Positions 25,121 to 32,307 of a stretch of DNA of 32,307 bases are shown here, piece after piece. Source of the stretch: Atractiella rhizophila (taxonomy: Eukaryota); the NCBI GenBank assembly GCA_021432655.1, contig MU271684.1, positions 1 to 32,307 on the forward strand, in the 5' to 3' direction. Every line of letters starts with the position of its first letter. Position 1 is the stretch's first letter. The notes beneath the pieces are model-generated. The model had not been told where the DNA came from and did not search any database. It worked only from the letters and a program-made list of their open reading frames with translations. The position numbers and the translations under genes were made by a program.

Positions 25121-26892
25121 ATGCGATTTGATTAGAGAGCAACGGGAACAGGAGCTGCATCCAGCAGAAAGACTATAGTAACTACACGCGTCCCTGACAC
25201 TACTATACAGAGCTTACCAGTAGGCATAATATATATATATATGCGTAATTCTTTAGATTGCGCTGAAGTCAGAATTACTTTCGACGTCAGGTTCAAGACC
25301 GTGCTACTCCTCTCTCGATCGAGAAAGCATTACAAGTCCACGAAACCTACCAAATTGGAAGTAGCACCATCTCTTTTCATTCTTGACTTGTGAGTTTGAT
25401 GGGTTTCGTCACAGGAACATCTGAGTCGCCATACAGCTTGATTGGGGGCAATCAGGACCTTCTGGATCGTTTGATTGAGAAAGCATCCCGGATTTCATTT
25501 TTCAACAACGACGGGATGATTCACGGTGCGACCCGACATAAAAAGGTCAATTCTGTTGAAAACGTTTTGGGGGAGAAGACCCAGACTCAGGAGAGTCTTG
25601 CAGTTGCCGTGCCACCCATTCACTTCCCTTCGCCGAGGCAGACGAGTTTGCGCTTTGACCTGCTTGACCATGAACAATTGCTTCAAAATCCGTTCCTGCA
25701 GGAATATACCTCTCTTCGAGTGGAAGATCTCCCTGCCTTTGACAGTCGCAATCATGCTCGACAAGAGCGAGCAGTTGACGTGGAGCACTGGACGGAAGAT
25801 CACGTCAAATCTTGCCGCGCTGTTCCCTTCCCTGGCGTCGACTTACAGAAACTTCTTGGTGCTCGTTACTTTGAGCTGACCCATGGTACCGTAGTCCATT
25901 TGCTTTAACCAATTTATCTGATCTAGAGGGATCAGACGAGCAGGGATATGTCGACGACTTCGCCCGTCATACGCTAGAGGAACTTACCGACCCAGAAACT
26001 CACATTGATATTAGGCGCAACAAGTTCAGAGGTGCACTTGAAGGATTATCAATGTGCCTCTCCTCTGGCTGCACAGAGAAAGAGCAAGGTCAAGCCATTC
26101 TGGCCGAAATAACAGAACCGATTTTTCAACTTTTGGCGGCGAAACATCAGGTGTCATTTACATCAATATCCTTGTGAGCTGTATTTCTCGGTGGTGAAGA
26201 TGTCATCTCCTGAATAGCTGTTATAAGTCACGAACGACGGAAGAATGGAGATCGCAAATTTTCGGCTGGAGGCATCGTTTGGAAGGTTCCTGAGCATCGG
26301 GAAGTGCTCGTGGAAGAACATGAAGGTGATCTCGAGAACGAGGTACCAGTGGCTTCATTTATTTCGAAAGTAACACATGTCTTCCCGTTCCCTCGAGACG
26401 TTATTTGACATAACTCCTAGTTTCCAAAGCGCGAGTCGGCTGTAATGCCATCTTCCACTAGACACAACCTCTGGACAGGACCGTCCCCTACGTACCATGG
26501 AGAGGAAATCGGTACTATGCTTTCACAGGTATCAGCAAATCTGAAAGAATTTGGCATGCAGGATCAGGAGGTTGATCGCTTCTTCTCATTTGCAATATCC
26601 TCACTCATCAATCTGCTAGGCGTACACACTTTCACTGACCTTCACTCGTCTTCACATCTCCATTGCCTTTTTCCCTCAGGACGCCCTACTACGTGCCACA
26701 TCTGGCAGTGATCCAATTCTCCCTGCAGATCGATACATATATCTCCTTCAAAGTGAGGAATACGAATTAGGGACACAAGAAGGCAGGCGAGACGCTGTTA
26801 AAGCCGTGTTTGCACTGACGAAATTTTGGTTGTCTGGTGAAGCCAGAGTGGCACGTTTGAATAAAGCTTTGACACCTAATCGGAGTGGTTGA
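25121..26892 (+). pseudogene. Family copy C: SAP exons disrupted, C-terminal domain intact (pseudogene, or N-truncated gene from ATG 25399)
   Basis: The homologous ATG 25121 is followed by in-frame TAG 25133-25135, with frameshifts near 25293 and 25436. From 25399 the exons read open: EHWTEDHVKSCRAVP, AGGIVW, PVASFISK, PTYHGEEIGTMLSQ, QSEEYELGTQEGRRDA; stop TGA 26890-26892. Confidence 0.7.
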
Positions 26893-27230
26893 CAAGTGGT
26901 GTTGCAACCAGTGACAAAATCCGTTGCATTTTTTCCTTTCAATTTGTACTCCTGACACGCCCTTAGTTTCTTCCAAATATCCCGTGTGGGCTCGTGCGCG
27001 TTTGTAAACGTCTTGATCAGTGCCATGTTTGGAGAGCATTCTTGTATAGGTGGTGGATCTCAGTCATCCATCCACAAAAGCTCGCTTATCGCTATGAAGC
27101 AAACTATCGGAAAATTTGATTCGTTAAAACCAAGTCCATTTGCACAGATGCAATAAAACAATTGATCATACTTTTGATCTATCCTAATCGCTCTTCTTTC
27201 CCCATCCATTTCCATCCCGTCTCAGAACAA

Positions 27231-30200
27231 TCAACCGATGGCACCCAAAACAAGAGCAGCACTGGCAGGTTTTTCTCCCCTCACGGTCATCTCCATCGTG
27301 ACGCCGCTTCCAGCTGAGAAGGTCATCCTACACCTGGCAAGGACCTTTCCACCACCTCCACAAACAATTCCCGATAGTTGAAGGGTATGTACGGCGCCAG
27401 ATGACGGGTTGTCACTGCCTCCTAATGCCTCCATGGAAAGCAGATCGATAAGGGTGGTGCACGCCGCTACACAAGAATCCGTCAAGAATCACCTATGGAA
27501 ACATGGGGAATGAGCGTACCTTTGAGGGACTTCATCTCCGTTAGCTCGAATGTGTCCTTCACCTCTGCACCAGTCCTGAACCTATCCCACTCCTTCGCGA
27601 AATCTGCATAACTAGGTTGAATGAAGTCTCCCGCTCCAACCTCGACTTCCTCAATAGGGTATTCATCCTCATATCCAGTCTCTTCTGGTTCTCCGGACGA
27701 CGGATCAACTTCTTTCGAGACAAACTTCAGCGTATTCGTGAATGAACAAGAAGGATAGGATGAGGGATCGGTGCGGTCGAATGCGACGTAGCAGGTGTCT
27801 GGTGAGGAAGAAAGGGATGGAATGGGAATGATGAACTTCTCCGTCAGAGAGTCGTTCGATGGTGTCATGATGACAGACACGTTCTCCAGCACCGTATCAG
27901 GGATGGTATTACTGATATTGAACTGTTGTGTTGCAATCGTCAGTTCTCTGCCAGACACCAACGAAGGGGCACCGGACGAACCTGGAAGACGACATGCTCC
28001 TTGAAGACATGCTTCACGACACTGACGACGTACTCCATCTCCCTCTCCGTCAGCTCTACAACCTTTCCACTTCTCAAAATCTTGCCGAAAGGTTCGAACT
28101 CAGGGATATTCTTCAATTCCTCCTCATAATCATTCGGTCTCTCTTCTTCCCTCTTCTCGACCTTACCCTCTACCTCACTCTCCATTGAAACCGACATTCC
28201 ACCGAGCAAACCTGCGGCTTCACTTCGCACATTCGCTGCTCGTGAGACTTCCAGCCGCGCCGCTTCTTTGCTCATGCGCGGGATAGAAGAGATGTCGAAG
28301 ACTTCGGTGGCCGCGGCGCCAGACGAGATGTAGCCCACCAGCGAGTTTTCGAGTGCGGCGAGTGAATAGGTAGAGTCTAGGACCAGTTAGTCCATCAGAG
28401 CTGATTCCCAATAAGGAAAAAAACCGGGGTCGACGCACCGTCTTCTTTGAATTCCTTCGCCAACTTCTCCTTCTCCAGCAGCTTCAAATAAAGCGCCGCC
28501 CTGTCCCTGACCTCATCATCGGTATCCATCAAGCATCGTTTCAACAAGACGACGACGCTCCTCTTGGTAGTATCATCGGATACATCCATCCCAAATTTCG
28601 CGAGGCTGGAGACGGCGGCAGCTCGTACAATGGAGTTTTCGAGGATTACACGGTTGTAGATGTACCTGATGAACTTGGATGGTTGAGGAGATCGGGGACC
28701 TTCATATCCCAACAAGTGCAGGATCCGAACAGATAACTTGGTAAATTCACAGTCTTCGATGAACTCGCAGAGTTGAGCCAAAGCTGAACAAGTCAATCAC
28801 TTCAGTCAGACAAAGGTACGCTAATAAGAAAGACTGATAACGCTCACCATTGTCCTTACTCTCCTTAATATTCCTAATCATCTCGAAGATGGTCTCAACA
28901 ATGGTTTTCTTGAACTCATATCCTCCCTCATCTCTTAGGATACCACTCAAGAAACCAAGTAGGACGCTATGTTTAGCGGGAAACTTGAGGCACAGGGTCT
29001 TGATAGCCTTGACAACAATGATCTTGAACTCATCCGAGATCTCGCTGAAGAAGGATGTGATTTGTTTCATGAGGCGGTCGACGAAAGACTCGGAGCCGGT
29101 CTACATAGAGACCATCAATGATCAGCTTTAGCTTTGCTTGCTCAATGAGGAAACGACAAACCTTGAGAAGAGTTGTGATGGCAAAGATCGCAACTCCGCG
29201 ATTATCGTCATTAACGAGCTTCTCCATCTCCGAATTGGCGCTGGCAACGACGGCAGGGTGGGTAACAGAGAGTTTATTGAGCGTCCTGATGGCCGCAAGC
29301 TTGAGAACGGCTTTAGGTGAGCTCAAGAACAGCTGCAGGACTATACACCGTTATGTGAGCACTGGGCGAGAAATTAAGGCAAGATGGCGAACCGGAGACA
29401 GCCCTGTTGAGTTCGTTCGGTTGTACAGCTTTGAATTCACAGATTGCGCGTGCCGCTTCGTAGTTGACACTGTCGCTTTTATGCCTCAAATAACCTTCAA
29501 GGAGGTCAAGCATCGGTCTCCTCAGACTATTCGTGACGCCATCAATCCATATCCCAGCACAGAAGTAGAGAAAAAAAAGCGAGTGAACGCACTTAGAATC
29601 TTCTTCCCCAACCCTCCTCGCCATCCTCACAATCATACAAACCCCCAAAGCGCTCCTCACCGTCCCTGCACCTCCAGCACTCTGCTTTCCCGAAAACTGT
29701 TGAACCATTTTCACTCCCGCCATCCGATCCTTCTCCCTCAATACCCAGAGCGTACCAAGAGCATGGTACTGTGCGATCCAGCTAGTGCTCTGTACAGGCT
29801 GATATTGTCCCTGTTGCTGACTGGAGCTCGATTGGGATACGCCGGAGAGGTAGCTTGAGAAACTCGATACGGAGGGAGAGTAGTTACCCAGGATGGAAGT
29901 AGGCGGTTGGCGGGTAGAGAGGATGGATTCTTGGATCTCTCCCGTCCAGCGTTTGAGGAGGTCGCGGGATGCGGGGGAGGTGTGGTACAGATAGTAGGTT
30001 GCTAGTAGAGCGGAGGAGGATATTGAGGTGTAGGGAGACACAATGAAGGATTTGAAGAATCTTTCAAGAGGCGTAAGCATCGAAGGATCCGTAATCCGAC
30101 ACAGTGTTCGAATCGCATTTGGCCGATAAATTACTTCTTGAGACGATTGCATGTCTTTCAATATCGACTGCGTGATCATCAAGACGTCTTGTGCCATGCT

Positions 30201-30837
30201 AGAGAGTTCCTTGATGACGAGATAGACCATTTGTCGAAGTGAAGGATCCTTGTGGTGGAATAGCTTTGTGCATCCGAAGAAAAGAGTGGTTGCTTCGTGC
30301 GAACTGAAGGTCTCTCCGACATAGAGGAGGTAGATGATTTTGGTGAGTACTATACGACATCTGCGCGCTGAAATCGGACTGTAGAAGAGAAGCATCAGTA
30401 TGTTATACGGCAATCCTTTGTGTATTCCATCTGCTGTCATCAACAGCACTATTCTCGTTTATTCGGTGCAAGTTCCATCCAGACACAGTGGTGTACCAAA
30501 GGATTTGGACTAAGGCTGACTATAAGTGGCTCGCATAGAGAACTGGGATGCATTGTCTATTCCTTGGACTGCCAACAGCCTCGTTTGCTCACTGTCATGC
30601 CACATTGATGATGTAAATCAACGGACTCTTCGCCTTTTCGAAAGACTACAAATCAACGGCATTACGCTTCTCTCCTTGTGTGTGTTTTACGAACTGGCCC
30701 ACTGGAGCCCCCTTCCCACGATGCTCAAGAACGCAGAAAACTCACGACTCGTTAAAAACCCTTGCCTCCTGCAGAACCGTGGTTTTATCCTGCAGGAAGC
30801 TACCAACATGACTCTCTCCATCTTTCTTGGACGCCAT
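27231..30837 (-). CDS. SEC21: Coatomer subunit gamma (gamma-COP)
   Basis: [39 protein letters not shown]..., [91 protein letters not shown]. Confidence 0.97.
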
Positions 30838-31556
30838 GTTCGACCCTCGACCTGGCTCTAGACAATTTGCTCAAAAGAGAATCGTTTCGTTGGAAGACGT
30901 GGTTGCTTGTTTGGGCATCAACATCAAACGACATCTTTATGCATCACGATTCGCCTCAATTGACATCCACCGCCATCAATATCTCACACCCGAACAAGAA
31001 CAATATTCTTTGAAGAAATGCTGTTTACATGGTTTCGTAACGCGTTTCGTAATGGTTTATCATCTGTTACGCCACTCTTTATCGTCCTAGACCTCCTCAC
31101 ACTCAACCGCCGAGGCACAGCGACGTGGAAGAAAGGCTTTTGTAGACATCGTCATTCCTCGAGGATCATCCCGCTCCTCGCTGTCGGAGACTCTTGGGAG
31201 TCCTTGCCAGAGCCCAACCGACAGACCAGCCAGAAGTTTCCGGAAAAGGTGTATTGGTTGTTGGATTCACAACGAGAACAGCGAATGACATCGCTTGAAT
31301 GAACGAATGATAAGCAATCGCGCCATATTCATTGCTGTCAACGTCAAAAAACACTAGTGTTTTCAACCCGCACTGAACCTCGTGCTCAATTCAGCGCCTC
31401 AAGCACTTTTTCAAGGGTTCTGAATGTGTTCTTCAAAGCTTCAAAAGGCGAACTCGTTGACAGTTTCGACCCTTCCCTTTCCGGCGACCTTCGATTACTC
31501 TGCTCTAGCGTTGGGCTTACGGAAGCAGAGTGAACAGAGGAAGAACTTGAAGTAAG

Positions 31557-32307
31557 ATGTCTAACGAGTTGGAACGCAAAGCGAGCATCGAAAAGGAGAG
31601 GGAGTTCGAGGAGGGAGTGGATAAGAAGGACTTGCACGATGATCAAGCCGCTACGAAGGTCGTCTCCCGCATTACGGAGGGAGAGACGACGGATGTGTTG
31701 CCCCCAGGAAGCGTAGATCCCATTTGTGCTTCTTCCTTACTCCTTCTCTTTCGTACATGGTCGTGCTAATATGTAATCATCGGAACAGACCAAGCGAAGG
31801 CAAAGGTGTTAAATGACGCTATTCAAAGAATTGGAATGGGGAAGTATCAGGTGAGATTCTTCTGAATTTCAGAGGAGAGAAGACGATGCTGATAGTGTTC
31901 GGTAGTGGCACCTCTTCATCGTCACGGGTTGGTCCTGTTCCTTTGTCCTTTGCAAGTGCTAACCGGTACTATGAAGGCTTCGGATGGTTCGCTGACAACC
32001 TCTATCCCGTCGTCACTGGTTCGTCTCTTTCGTCCCATCTCGAAACCATCCCATCCTGATTTCTGTTCGCGATAAAGGTCTCATCCTCCCACCCGTCCTG
32101 TCCGAATTTGCAGGTGTCAAAGCGCCATATATCAAGCTGGGCCAAAACATTGGTCTGCTAGTTGGAGCCGCCTTCTGGGGTCTTGGTACGCACTACTCTC
32201 AATCGCTGCAGGAGGGAATATTGGCTGATGATTGTCGGACGGCCAGGATCGGATATTTGGGGACGCAGGATCTCGTTCAATATCACTCTGCTTATCGTCG
32301 GTTTGTA
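31557..32307 (+). CDS. MFS transporter (SV2/sugar-porter-like), 3'-truncated by the window
   Basis: Spliced: GSVDPI.QAKAKVLNDAIQRIGMGKYQWHLFIVTGFGWFADNL...QNIGLLVGAAFWGLGSDIWGRRISFNITL, containing MFS motif A (G...D..GRR). Confidence 0.9.

Noticed and set aside
29118..29858. 246-aa plus-strand ORF
   Set aside because: Antisense to gamma-COP exons.

Overview
Intron-rich fungal genomic DNA. The short (~50 nt) GT-AG introns and gene content suggest a basidiomycete. There is one N gap at 11522-11630. Recognisable genes: the 3' end of a SNF2 helicase (Rad5/Uls1-like), phospholipase D1 (SPO14-like), a small YABBY/HMG-box-like protein, a secreted PL14 polysaccharide lyase, coatomer gamma (SEC21) and the 5' end of an MFS transporter. 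The notable content is an uncharacterised family with five related loci, which only becomes clear after manual splicing. One locus (3787-5968,+) has an intact-looking PD-(D/E)xK nuclease signature (DDGG...EVK...QHLAE). It sits head-to-head with a paralog (3158-1200,-) that has two tandem SAP-like DNA-binding motifs and substituted catalytic positions (FGG...ISK). Two more copies of this second type lie in tandem (22488-24283, 25121-26892) and carry frame lesions, and there is a 3' fragment at 6644-7050. All gene models were spliced by eye, and fold assignments come from motif recognition, not database searches.
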